NCBI GenBank assembly: GCA_963668025.2
Contig: CAXXTH010000014.1
Span: 32,001 to 96,000, forward strand
Direction of reading: 5' to 3'
From: Candidatus Hydrogenedentota bacterium
GTDB taxonomy: Bacteria; Hydrogenedentota; Hydrogenedentia; Hydrogenedentales; SLHB01
Length of the DNA: 64,000 nucleotides
The position numbers were made by a program, and so were the translations under genes. Below, piece after piece: positions 19,186 through 28,913 of this stretch. How positions within the stretch are numbered: position 1 is the first letter of the stretch; each line of letters begins with the position of its first letter. Under the pieces are notes generated by a model, which saw nothing but the letters and a program-made list of their open reading frames with translations, was not told where the DNA came from and made no database searches.

Positions 19186-20160
19186 TTACGCGAAATGATC
19201 AAATCCATCTAAATCCGCTTCTTTTCCATCCAGGCGCACGCCCTGCCATTGGTCGGTGAACTCGCCAATAATGGAAATATCCGTGCGGAATTCATGGTGG
19301 AAATCTTCGAGCGTCCGTTCGTGCTGCCCGGGGCTCATGGCGAACGCCAGTTCATAATCTTCACCTCCTGTGAGGACGAATTGGCGGGGATCTAATAATT
19401 GCATCGTACAATAGTCTTGAAGTTCTGATGATATAGGAAGCTGGGACGCATGCAGATTCACTCCCAGCCCTGATGCATCGGCCAGATGGCCCGCATCCTG
19501 GGCCAAGCCGTCACTAACATCGATCATGGCATGCACGGCAGGATGGGCGCACAACCATTGGCCCTCGGGAATTCGCGGGCGCGGCTGCCGATGGGCCCGC
19601 GCCAGCGCTTCCGCCGCGACGCCGTGCTCAAGCGCGTGGAATCCCGCCGCGGATAAGCCCGGAAGCCCCGTGACCATGAGCAAATCGCCCGCCTGGGCGC
19701 CTTTTCGCCGGAGATACCGGTTACTGACCGCCAGCCCCGCCACGAACACATCCACCGTTAACGGCCCCACGGTGCTGGTAGTGTCGCCTCCCACCACTAC
19801 CGCTCCGAAACGGCTCAACACATTCGAAATGCCTTGATATAAATCCTCGACCCACTGGGCGCTGGTATCCTCCTGGCAGGCTAAGGAAACCAGGCAAAAC
19901 AGCGGCGACCCTCCCATGGCGGCAATATCGCTCATGGCGGATGCGGCGGCTTTCCAGCCGATATCCTCGGCGGTGGCGTGGCGTTTTCGAAAATGGACAT
20001 CTTCAATAAACAAATCACTGGTGACGAGTAATAGGCGGTCGCCCACGCGCACCACGGCGCAATCATCGCCAATGCCTTCGACCACATACGGCGCTTTAGG
20101 CAGCAAACGCGCCAAGCGCCCGATCAAGCCGAATTCACCTATTTCCCGAACGGTTCGCAC
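19186..20160 (-). CDS. thiL: Thiamine-monophosphate kinase
   Basis: GEFGLI, GIGDDCA, SDIAAMGG, GGDT, MIDVSDGL, GGEDYEL; GTG start at 20160 preferred. Confidence 0.95.
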   Translation of the reverse strand: MRTVREIGEFGLIGRLARLLPKAPYVVEGIGDDCAVVRVGDRLLLVTSDLFIEDVHFRKRHATAEDIGWKAAASAMSDIAAMGGSPLFCLVSLACQEDTSAQWVEDLYQGISNVLSRFGAVVVGGDTTSTVGPLTVDVFVAGLAVSNRYLRRKGAQAGDLLMVTGLPGLSAAGFHALEHGVAAEALARAHRQPRPRIPEGQWLCAHPAVHAMIDVSDGLAQDAGHLADASGLGVNLHASQLPISSELQDYCTMQLLDPRQFVLTGGEDYELAFAMSPGQHERTLEDFHHEFRTDISIIGEFTDQWQGVRLDGKEADLDGFDHFA

Positions 20161-21041
20161 AATACACTCTCTTCCAGTAAACGCCACGCACGCGGGATAG
20201 CGTTTACTACATCCCGAGCAATCATTCCCCGCTGCGTCATTTCCTCGGCGGCGATATCACCCGCCAGTCCATGCACATACACTCCAATACGGGCCGCATC
20301 AAAGGCGGACATGCCTTGCGCCAACAACCCGCCAATCAAGCCGGATAACACATCACCTGTGCCGCCCGTACCCATGCCGCTGTTCCCTGTCGGATTCACG
20401 CAGCAGGAGCCTCCAGGTTCCGCTACCACCGTGCGGTGGCCTTTCAAGACTAATACGCAACGATGGCGCTCCGCGAAGCGCAAGGCAATGCCTTCGCGGT
20501 CTTTTTGCACTTGTGTTGGCGTGGTTCCCGTCAAACGCGCCATTTCTCCTGGATGAGGTGTCAATACTCTCACGTTTTCCGGCGCATCCAATGGCGATAA
20601 ATCGCGGCTCAACGCATTAAGCCCGTCCGCGTCAATGAGCAGCGGCGCTGCGCACCGCCGCACGAATTCCTCTACAAACCGCCGCGTATCGGGATGGAGC
20701 GATAAACCCGGCCCGAGGACAACCGCTTGTTTCGTATCCGCGAAGGCCAGCGCAGGCGCCAGCGCCGCATATGCAAGCGTTTCACCGCCCGTAAACGGCA
20801 AAGGCAGCGTCATGGCCTCGAGCAACCCCGCGGCCACCACATCGCCCAAAGGCTGGGGAACGCCGGCCGTCACCAGCCCTACGCCGGAACGTGACGCCGC
20901 TTCAGCCGCGAGCTTTGCTGCGCCAGTAAAACCTCGTGAACCCGCCAAAATAAACACGTGTCCAAATGCGCCTTTGTGGCCCTCTGGCGGCCTCGCTGGC
21001 AGTAAGCTTCCCACCATCTGCGCCGAAAGCTCTTGCGTCAT
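20139..21041 (-). CDS. nnrD: ADP-dependent NAD(P)H-hydrate dehydratase (standalone YjeF C-domain)
   Basis: HKGAFG, GPGL, IDADGLN, LTPHPGEM, VLKG, GTGDVLSG; no epimerase domain. Confidence 0.92.
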   Translation of the reverse strand: MTQELSAQMVGSLLPARPPEGHKGAFGHVFILAGSRGFTGAAKLAAEAASRSGVGLVTAGVPQPLGDVVAAGLLEAMTLPLPFTGGETLAYAALAPALAFADTKQAVVLGPGLSLHPDTRRFVEEFVRRCAAPLLIDADGLNALSRDLSPLDAPENVRVLTPHPGEMARLTGTTPTQVQKDREGIALRFAERHRCVLVLKGHRTVVAEPGGSCCVNPTGNSGMGTGGTGDVLSGLIGGLLAQGMSAFDAARIGVYVHGLAGDIAAEEMTQRGMIARDVVNAIPRAWRLLEESVLCEPFGK

Positions 21042-21330
21042 ACACACCCCCTTGAATGAGCCCCTATTGTAACGAAATATGCACCCAAATTGAATAGGCC
21101 TTAACTGGGCCGAAAAAAAACACAAGAGACGCTGATTCCGGCTCATACGAGAGGCCCGGTTTACCTTGAATCCTATTTCACGCGAAGCCGCCAAGCACGC
21201 GAAGATTTTTAAAGCGAACGGCAGGAATGCCTCCGTGCATCCTATATCCGATCTTGCGTCTTCTGGTGGCCAATACGCGAAAAAAGAAGCATCTAGAAAC
21301 AAGGGTAATCACATCAAAAACTACTCCGAA

Positions 21331-21400
21331 TTGGCCTCAAGAGACACAAAAGAGGCAAGAATCAATTCATTTTTTGTGTCTTGTGCGCCTTTTGTGGCCC
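21331..21400. repeat. Imperfect inverted-repeat intergenic element (REP/MITE-like)
   Basis: GGCCTCAAGAGACACAAAA...TTTTGTGTCTTGTGCGCCTTTTGTGGCC; shares 17 bp with 50210-50226. Confidence 0.55.
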
Positions 21401-21585
21401 ATTCTCCAGAAATGTGGGGAATGGCGTTCTAGATATGTTTGGACAAACAAACTCAAATACTCTGATGAGAGGGGAAAGCACCGCTTTTTTAATGCGAGTG
21501 CTCTGCTCTTAAAACCTTTTACAGCAGCCGGGCAAGCATGATATCGTTATGTAGGACGCAATCAACGAATCGAGGGAAATGAACC

Positions 21586-22503
21586 ATGTACTACGGCAAC
21601 GCATCTGAACAGGCCGGCATCTCTATCGCCCAGCGCCTCACGCTCCTGGCTGTGGCGGTATCCGTTCTTCTCTCCCAAGGATGCGCCACCACGACGGGGC
21701 AAGACCTGAATTTGCTTTCGCCCCAAGAGGAGGCGCAGATCGGAAAGCAGTTTTCGGCGGAAGTCGAAAAAGAGAGTAAAGTATTGCAAAATCCCGCCAT
21801 TCAAGCGTATGTCCAGCGCGTGGGCCAGCGATTGGCCGCTATGTCTCCCCGGCAAAACGACGTGCAATATACCTTCGAGGTGATTGATGCCCCCGATACG
21901 GTCAATGCGTTTGCGCTGCCGGGCGGATACATCTACGTGTACACTGGACTGCTGCGGCTTTGTGAAAACGAAGCCGAGCTGGCGGCTGTAATGGCCCACG
22001 AGATCGGCCATGTCGCCGCGTACCATCATGGCGAAGCCATCACCCGGCAAGTGGGATTCAGCATGCTTGCCGAACTTGCCTTGGGAGAAAACCCAGGCGC
22101 GGCGGCGCAAGTCCTGTCCACTTTAGTGGGAAATGGCGTCGGCGCGGCGTATAGCCGGGAACAGGAACGCCAGGCGGACCAGCTTGGCATGGATATCCTC
22201 GTGCGCGCGGGATACCGTCCAGACGCCATGGTCACGTTCATGCAAAAACTGCAAGCCGAAGACCAGAAGAGCGGCGGGTCGGCGGCGGGGCTGCCTATCT
22301 TCGCCTCCCATCCCCCCACCGACGAACGCTTGCAGCGCCTCCAAATGCAATTGCAACAATACCCGGCGCCGGGATGGGCGAATGCCGACCTTAACGAAAA
22401 GGGCTATCAGAAGGATATAGTTAAACCTTTAGGGGGCAGCCCGCCTAAAGAACAGCCTGGAACCTGGAAGGTGCTAAAGAAAGAGTCTGGGCGCGTCCAA
22501 TAG
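21586..22503 (+). CDS. M48-family metalloprotease lipoprotein
   Basis: Lipobox-like LSQGC; VNAFALPGG, HEIGH, YSREQERQAD, ASHP. Confidence 0.92.
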   Translation: MYYGNASEQAGISIAQRLTLLAVAVSVLLSQGCATTTGQDLNLLSPQEEAQIGKQFSAEVEKESKVLQNPAIQAYVQRVGQRLAAMSPRQNDVQYTFEVIDAPDTVNAFALPGGYIYVYTGLLRLCENEAELAAVMAHEIGHVAAYHHGEAITRQVGFSMLAELALGENPGAAAQVLSTLVGNGVGAAYSREQERQADQLGMDILVRAGYRPDAMVTFMQKLQAEDQKSGGSAAGLPIFASHPPTDERLQRLQMQLQQYPAPGWANADLNEKGYQKDIVKPLGGSPPKEQPGTWKVLKKESGRVQ

Positions 22504-22517
22504 CGCCGTTTGGCCCA

Positions 22518-23372
22518 TCAGGAATAGTGCATCGAGTTTCTGCGCTGATATATCCGCTGCAGGAAGCGGCTGGGCAGCAGGCGCGTCCCGGAGAGCACCC
22601 ACGCCAGGAGAAATGCACGGGGACGCTGTAGCAAAGGATACAACGATACCGCGCGCAGCCGGACCGAGAGATCATTTATAAATGGACGCCAGCCGCCGCG
22701 CTTGCGCCAAAACTCGGGCTGGATATGCATGTCGCAAAGGTATTCCGCTTGATTGCGCAGCACATAGCCCCGTTTCAGCAGGCGCACCCATAACTCATAA
22801 TCTTCCGCTACTCGGTAATCCTCCCGGTACGGATTCCGTTTAAAGACTTTGGCGTATCCCATGACGCTTGGATTATTCATGGGAGAGAACCAAATAGCGG
22901 AAGCCTTTATATCAGAAGGAGTTAGTGGCATTTGCTTCCCGCCAAGCGCCTCGCCGTCTGGCCCAATATATCGTACGAATGAGCCCGCAAGGCTTGCCCG
23001 CGTTCCTGACAAAAAAGCGGCCTGTGCTTTTATGCGGTCCGGATGCGAAACGTCATCGGCGTCCGCAATGGCGATCAAAACACCCCGGGCTTCCGCGATG
23101 CCCGAATTGCGGGCAGCCCCCGGGCCGCCATTGCGGGTGCGTGGAACAATGCGCACTCGAGTATCTTCGACGCTCAGGTCTTCCAAGAAATCGCGCGTGT
23201 CCAAATCCACGGGGCCATCCAGCACCACCAGCAATTCGAGCCGGGGATAGGTCTGCCCCAATATGCTTGCAATCGCTTGGCGGAGCAGCGACGCATCATC
23301 ATCCTGGTGGGTGGCCATCACCACCGACACAAGCGGAGGAGGCGTCTGTTTCTTGTCATGTCCCTGTGTCAT
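22518..23372 (-). CDS. Glycosyltransferase family 2
   Basis: VSVVMAT, NGGPGAARN, DADD, AEDYELW. Confidence 0.9.
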   Translation of the reverse strand: MTQGHDKKQTPPPLVSVVMATHQDDDASLLRQAIASILGQTYPRLELLVVLDGPVDLDTRDFLEDLSVEDTRVRIVPRTRNGGPGAARNSGIAEARGVLIAIADADDVSHPDRIKAQAAFLSGTRASLAGSFVRYIGPDGEALGGKQMPLTPSDIKASAIWFSPMNNPSVMGYAKVFKRNPYREDYRVAEDYELWVRLLKRGYVLRNQAEYLCDMHIQPEFWRKRGGWRPFINDLSVRLRAVSLYPLLQRPRAFLLAWVLSGTRLLPSRFLQRIYQRRNSMHYS

Positions 23373-24616
23373 GATGTAGCCTTTGCACGTTTCCTGGCGT
23401 CAAAACGCGCCATGGCCTTGGTATAACCTGCTTCAATGCACACTCCGGTCTTTTCCCAGCCATACCTGTTTTTTACCATTTTCCGCGCCGCTTCACCTAA
23501 TCGGTTACGTTCCTCCGCATCATCCATTAGGCGCATGATGGCATTGGCCATGTCCCCGGGCGTATCCGCCAGGCAAATATCGTGGCCATGCGTGCAATCC
23601 AGGCCTTCCGCACCAATAGTAGTAGAAACAACCGCTTTTCCCATGGCCATGGCTTCCAGGATTTTAAGCCGCGTGCCGCCGCCGATGCGCAGCGGCGCTA
23701 CAACAACCTGCGCCTGGCCCACATAAGGCCGCACATCATCCACTGTGCCGGTCACTATCACGCCCGGAGAGGCAAGGGCCTGTACTCGGCGAACGGGAGC
23801 GCGTCCAACCAATAATAATCTGGCGTTTGGTTTTTGGCGGATTATATGGGGAAAGACATCTTGTACGAAATAACAAGTCCCGTCGATATTTTGCGTGGCG
23901 TCCATGGAGGCGCAAAACGCCAGCGTTTCCGGCGTCTCCGGCCCTTGCCATGGGGTGAAATATTCCCAATCAACCCCATTGGGGCACGTAATGGCGCACG
24001 CTTCCGGTGAACGCAGCATGGCGGCGTTCCGTTCCTCTTCCGAACAAAAGGATACGGCGTCGTAATGCCGATGCACTTCGGGTTCAAGCCGCTTCATTAG
24101 ATGCGCTTGGCGTCGTGCAAAGACCCGGCGCGGTAAAAAACGCGGCTGCGCATCCGCATAACGGCTCCAAAGCCGGTCATTGAGGTTATGACAGTCAAAA
24201 TACCGGGCCACATGCTCAAAAAGCGGGTAGTATTGCGCCGTATGCAGAAAATGGGCATGTACAAGGTCTATGGCGTTTCCACGAAGCATTTGGGAAATCG
24301 CCGCGCCGAACTCGGGAAACAGAAAATTCGCCAGTGTATAAGGCTGCCGCCCCGCCATCGAACGCAAACCATGCATTGCGCGGCGGGGGAGGCCTACTGG
24401 CCGTTCCACCAAACGCACGCCGCAAGCCCATTCATGCAAGGCCTCTATATGCTCGGGCGCGGGAATATCCTGGGGGGTATGCATCGCAAGAAAAACGACC
24501 CGGTGCCGCTTGGCTACTTCCCGCAACACATGCCATACCCGAAGCGCCCCGCCATGCCGCGCCGGATAGGGAAAGACAGTGGATACCATCAAAACATTCA
24601 TCAAGCGCCCCTGCAC
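23369..24616 (-). CDS. Glycosyltransferase family 4
   Basis: PNGVD, APLRIGGGTRLKILEAMAMG. Confidence 0.9.
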   Translation of the reverse strand: MQGRLMNVLMVSTVFPYPARHGGALRVWHVLREVAKRHRVVFLAMHTPQDIPAPEHIEALHEWACGVRLVERPVGLPRRAMHGLRSMAGRQPYTLANFLFPEFGAAISQMLRGNAIDLVHAHFLHTAQYYPLFEHVARYFDCHNLNDRLWSRYADAQPRFLPRRVFARRQAHLMKRLEPEVHRHYDAVSFCSEEERNAAMLRSPEACAITCPNGVDWEYFTPWQGPETPETLAFCASMDATQNIDGTCYFVQDVFPHIIRQKPNARLLLVGRAPVRRVQALASPGVIVTGTVDDVRPYVGQAQVVVAPLRIGGGTRLKILEAMAMGKAVVSTTIGAEGLDCTHGHDICLADTPGDMANAIMRLMDDAEERNRLGEAARKMVKNRYGWEKTGVCIEAGYTKAMARFDARKRAKATS

Positions 24617-24622
24617 CTGTCT

Positions 24623-25168
24623 TTATTGAAAATAACGCCCCACTTCCAGGGTATATTCGAGCTGGCGCGTACGCCCGCCTATACGACGGGCGGGAACGCC
24701 CGCCACGACAACATACGGCGGCACATCGCGCGTCACCACGCTTCCCGCCGCCACCACCGCGCCTTCGCCAATGCGCACACCAGGTAAAATCATGGCGCGT
24801 GAATAGATGCAGGCGCGGTCTTCAATCACCACCGGCCCCCGCACGGCGCGGTAATCTGGGGCATTAATGTCATGGCTCAACGTAAAAATCGCCGCTTCCA
24901 TGGCGATGTCCACATTATTTCCAATTGTAAGCCCGCCACGTCCATCCAGAATGCATCGGGCATTGACGAGCGTATGTTCGCCAATCGCCACGCCATACGG
25001 CTTGTCCAGGAACACTCCCATATGAATGCACGAACCGCGTCCAAGCCGGACCCGGATGAGATGGCGATAGAGAAAACACCGAAGGCTATTGAATGGAATG
25101 CGCGCGACACATCCATTCGCCATGGCTTGGTACAACATCAATAGGATTGTTTTCCATTTCCCAGCCAT
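24623..25168 (-). CDS. Hexapeptide-repeat O-acyltransferase
   Basis: LDGRGGLTIG, ILPGVRIGEGAVVAAGSVVTRDV, GVPAR. Confidence 0.9.
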   Translation of the reverse strand: MAGKWKTILLMLYQAMANGCVARIPFNSLRCFLYRHLIRVRLGRGSCIHMGVFLDKPYGVAIGEHTLVNARCILDGRGGLTIGNNVDIAMEAAIFTLSHDINAPDYRAVRGPVVIEDRACIYSRAMILPGVRIGEGAVVAAGSVVTRDVPPYVVVAGVPARRIGGRTRQLEYTLEVGRYFQ

Positions 25169-25387
25169 GGCGTATTTCCCGTGTGTAGGCCGAAACCGCA
25201 CTAACAAATCGCTTTTCGGCCACATGGTAGCATAAGCATCCGGGGAAATGTATGCAGCCAAAACGTGTCAAGTAACAGGAGCAAACCTATGCCCATCCAT
25301 CGGAAATGGGCCTGTTTGCGTAAAATTCAATCAATTGATTATCAGTGTCATCTGTGGATCAAAATAACTTCAGATTTCAAAGTAGTT

Positions 25388-25477
25388 GTAGGGTGGGGCT
25401 TGCCCCACCGCTCAGGACGGTGCGCCCTACGTTTTTTTGTAAAATCACTTGGAGTACGGCGGCTTGCTGCCGCTTTT
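25388..25477. repeat. Cluster of REP-like palindromes
   Basis: GTAGGGTGGGGCTTGCCCCACC...GCCCTAC, and GGAGTACGGCGGCTTGCTGCCGCTTTT. Confidence 0.6.
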
Positions 25478-25600
25478 GGGATGCGGACTTTGTTGTTAGT
25501 ACACCGATTGTTATTACCGCGTCCTTACCCGGCGAATTCGGTATGTAGCCAACATCTGCCGGATTTGGGTGTTAAGGGCGAATTAAGGTAGCATAGAGAA

Positions 25601-26113
25601 ATGGATGAAATACATGACAACCCAATCGAAACGGAATCCGACGAACTGGTGATCGTGATGTGCTGCCGGTGCGGCCATCCGAATCTGGAATTCCGCAATC
25701 ATTGCCGCCGGTGTGGAGCGCCGCTCCGAGGTTCGTCCAACTTGATTCCCGGAGTGGAATTGTTCGAGTGGACCGCCACGGATGGGCCCCATCGCCAGTA
25801 TCGCCCCGCTGCTTCTGGCTGGCCATTGCTGATGCTCATCGCGGCATGTTTCGCCATTCTGTCCTTTTTGCTGGCGGGCATGCCAAACGCGGCCTTTCTA
25901 GCTGTTCCATGCGTGCTGGTGGTTGGCATCATCTATTGGGTTCACCGGCGCAAAAATAACCTGGAAGACTCCGATGAAATGGAAAACGCGGAAGAGCCGG
26001 TATCTCCAGATACGGGCGATTGCTGTGCGGCATGCGGAGCTGCCATTGAATCCATAGATGACATCTGTGCGGCATGCGGCGCGGTTGTAGCCTCGGATAT
26101 CCAGGACGCTTAG
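25601..26113 (+). CDS. Membrane protein with zinc ribbons at both ends
   Basis: CCRCG...CRRCG, two TM helices, CAACG...CAACG. Confidence 0.75.
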   Translation: MDEIHDNPIETESDELVIVMCCRCGHPNLEFRNHCRRCGAPLRGSSNLIPGVELFEWTATDGPHRQYRPAASGWPLLMLIAACFAILSFLLAGMPNAAFLAVPCVLVVGIIYWVHRRKNNLEDSDEMENAEEPVSPDTGDCCAACGAAIESIDDICAACGAVVASDIQDA

Positions 26114-26130
26114 CACGGAAGGAAATCATC

Positions 26131-26508
26131 ATGTGGCTTGTCATGGCGCTTGGCATGTGGTTTCTCATGCTTATCATCGCCGTCTGTTCTGGCGCCGTGC
26201 GAGAGAAATGGCTTGTCCCCGTGCTGGGCGAACAACGGGCTCATCAGGTGGGGACGCTGTTGGTTTGCGGTGTTTTCGTGGCGGCCATCACGGCATTCAT
26301 GCGCGTTCAACCTCCGATGTCCATGCGCCAAGCCTCTTTGCTTGGCCTTGCCTGGATGTGCCTTACTATTGCGTTTGAAGCAGGCTTTTTCCATTATGCC
26401 GCTGGCAAGCCTTGGAGCGCCTTGCTGGCGGATTACCGTGTCGATAAAGGGAGGCTCTGGCCGCTTGTGCTGCTCACGCTGCTAATAACGCCCATCCTGG
26501 CCCGGTAA
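26131..26508 (+). CDS. Small integral membrane hypothetical protein
   Basis: AAGGA RBS; about four hydrophobic helices; LTIAFE...LLADY...GRLW. Confidence 0.75.
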   Translation: MWLVMALGMWFLMLIIAVCSGAVREKWLVPVLGEQRAHQVGTLLVCGVFVAAITAFMRVQPPMSMRQASLLGLAWMCLTIAFEAGFFHYAAGKPWSALLADYRVDKGRLWPLVLLTLLITPILAR

Positions 26509-26514
26509 CGCCCG

Positions 26515-27663
26515 TCAATCCTCCATCGAAACCACTTCGACCAAGAAAGGCTCTTTAAGCCCATTGGTTTGCGCGCAGCTCATCAAATGCAGCCGCACGG
26601 GTTCCGTGAGCCTTTGTCCCTTCGGCAGCAAGACATGCCCTGTAGTGCTGAGAATATCTTCCGCCGCCACCATGCAGTTGCTGAGTTCTTTTGTCGTCAC
26701 ACGCATCACGACACGGTCCCCATCATCTTTCTCGAAGCTCATCAGCGCTTCCAGCATAGGGTGGTCATTCCCATATACGCTATGAAGCGCTGAAAGCGCT
26801 TCGATAAACGGGCGGCCCTTCTGTAATTGCGTATCCAAATCAAGAGTAAAGCGCAATAGGAGCGCCCCAAAATCGATTGCTTGTTCTTCCGACAAATCAC
26901 TAGGGGGAAATGTCCGGTTGCGGGGCACCTTGCGCTGCCGTTCGACAATCTGCGCCACCATCTCGAGTCGTGGGATTTCCGCGAGAAGCTGGCAGCCCAA
27001 GGAGGGATGATTGGCGAGCATCCCCAATTGTTCGCTGGTCAGCGAACGCCCGGAACTCATCCGCGCCAGTATCTCTGGCGGCAGCGCAATACAACCGATG
27101 TGCGACAAGGTCGCCGCCATTTCGTATTCCCAGAAATACGGCGAATTGAGTTCCGCCGCGATATGGCGCACATATCGCCGAATGCGCGTGCTCCTGCTGA
27201 AAGCGGCTGGATTCAGCAAGCCAATGATATCGGTGAGCGTCCGGATACATCCCCGCAAGGTGCCTTGCAGGAGTTCCCGTTCCGAAGTGATAAGGCGGTA
27301 TTGCTCGATTGCGGAATCCAATGAACTGGTCATGGTTTCCGTCGAGCACGGTTTCGTCAGAAAGCGGAAAATGCTTCCCTCATTGACGGCGTCTATGCAG
27401 GTCTGCACATCCGCATTGCCCGTCAGCATGATACGGACCGAATCGGGCGAAAGGCTCCGCACATTGCGCAGGAAGTTAATTCCATCCATGCCCGGCATGC
27501 GCATATCAGACACCACCACGGCGAAAGGTTCAGAGCGGGCGAGCACTTCCATGCCTTCAGGCCCGCTCTGGGCGGTCTCGATCGCGTACGTTTTCCGGAG
27601 CTGGCGCTTGTAGCCTGCAAGAACATTGGGGTCGTCGTCCACCAGTAATACCCGGGTATTCAC
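26515..27663 (-). CDS. Response regulator with a degenerate HD-like output domain
   Basis: REC (VDDD, SDMRMP, FLTKP); LSHIG in place of LHDIG; no GYP motif. Confidence 0.85.
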   Translation of the reverse strand: MNTRVLLVDDDPNVLAGYKRQLRKTYAIETAQSGPEGMEVLARSEPFAVVVSDMRMPGMDGINFLRNVRSLSPDSVRIMLTGNADVQTCIDAVNEGSIFRFLTKPCSTETMTSSLDSAIEQYRLITSERELLQGTLRGCIRTLTDIIGLLNPAAFSRSTRIRRYVRHIAAELNSPYFWEYEMAATLSHIGCIALPPEILARMSSGRSLTSEQLGMLANHPSLGCQLLAEIPRLEMVAQIVERQRKVPRNRTFPPSDLSEEQAIDFGALLLRFTLDLDTQLQKGRPFIEALSALHSVYGNDHPMLEALMSFEKDDGDRVVMRVTTKELSNCMVAAEDILSTTGHVLLPKGQRLTEPVRLHLMSCAQTNGLKEPFLVEVVSMED

Positions 27664-28874
27664 ATTGGCTCCTCAGATTTTAACAGTATGCGGCACTGCC
27701 GTTCCCATTCAAACACACGTTCTTCCTCGACAAATCGTCCCAAATATTCCATATCAAAGTGATAATGGGCGGGAAGCCCTTGGGTTTCCTCTTCATAGCG
27801 ATGAATGGCCGTATTGGCCGCATGCACCGCCGCGAGCGGCTCAAAAACAACACCTACGTGTTCACTGGGAAAATGATGATGGGCTACAGATAGTATAATA
27901 TCTTCAGAAAATCCCCACAGGCCAAGCAGATATCCACCCACTTCGCCGTGGCTGCCTCCAATGTGCTCCCGTTCGAGATGCATCACGGCTTCTGGCGAAC
28001 GAGGGCCATCGGCAATGAATTGCTGGTATGCTCCCCGCGCATTTGCGGCAAAAACCAGTTTTCCTACATCGTGGAGCAGGCCCGCAAGAAAAGCCTCCTC
28101 ACCCGTATACTCATCCGCGTTTTCTAACTGGGCGATATGCTTGGCAAGCATGGCGGTCGCCACGGAGTGTTCCCATATCCCTTCGAGCGACATGCCCTGC
28201 AAAGGCTGGCCATTAAACTGATCAAAAATCTTTATTGAGAGCACCAATATTTTCAGGGCGTCAATCCCGAGCAGCACGGCGGCTTGGGCCGGATCCGCCA
28301 CGGGATGGCGAAGGCCGTAGAATGCGGAATTGACCAGTTGCAGCACCTTGATGCTCATTCCCGGATCTTGTGCGATGGCGGTTCCAACATCTTTTAGCCC
28401 CGATACCGGCGAATCGAGCAGGCGGGAAACCTCGTCGTGCAAAGAAGGAATGCTAGGCAAATAGTCCATCGTTGAGACAACGCGCCTCAGCTTTGGGCTG
28501 TTGATGAGCTTGCCGAGGCTCAATGCCCTTGAAATCGTCTTGGCAAGGGTTTCCGCATCACATGGTTTATACAGGAACTGGTGGATTTGCGTGGCTGCCC
28601 GCAATGTCGCTTCGCGATCAGCGTGGCCGGAAAGCGCCATGCGCACGGTTTCCGGCGAACGTTCGCGCACCCGCTGCAGCAACTCCACGCCGTCCATTTC
28701 AGGCATGCGCAAATCAGAAACGACCACATCAATAAACCGGCTGTCCAGTATGCTCAACGCTTCAGCCGCACTTTTGACAAAGAGCGTTTCCCACTCGGAA
28801 CTGTGGGGGCGCATCATGCGGCGAATGCCGCTCAGTATATTGGGTTCATCATCAATAAATAATATGGTTGCCAT
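27660..28874 (-). CDS. REC-HDOD response regulator
   Basis: REC; QDPGMSIKVLQLVNSAFYG, WEHS, GLLHDVGK, HGEVGGYLLGLWG. Confidence 0.92.
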   Translation of the reverse strand: MATILFIDDEPNILSGIRRMMRPHSSEWETLFVKSAAEALSILDSRFIDVVVSDLRMPEMDGVELLQRVRERSPETVRMALSGHADREATLRAATQIHQFLYKPCDAETLAKTISRALSLGKLINSPKLRRVVSTMDYLPSIPSLHDEVSRLLDSPVSGLKDVGTAIAQDPGMSIKVLQLVNSAFYGLRHPVADPAQAAVLLGIDALKILVLSIKIFDQFNGQPLQGMSLEGIWEHSVATAMLAKHIAQLENADEYTGEEAFLAGLLHDVGKLVFAANARGAYQQFIADGPRSPEAVMHLEREHIGGSHGEVGGYLLGLWGFSEDIILSVAHHHFPSEHVGVVFEPLAAVHAANTAIHRYEEETQGLPAHYHFDMEYLGRFVEEERVFEWERQCRILLKSEEPM

Positions 28875-28913
28875 CTGACGCCTTTTTCCTGGATTGTGGC
28901 CGGGAGCAGTATG

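Noticed and set aside
21042-21302. N-terminal extension of nnrD as an epimerase domain
   Set aside because: Too short, no YjeF-N motif, and it runs through intergenic repeat-like sequence.
26023-26082. Direct repeat CTGTGCGGCATGCGG
   Set aside because: Encodes the two CAACG knuckles of a zinc ribbon.
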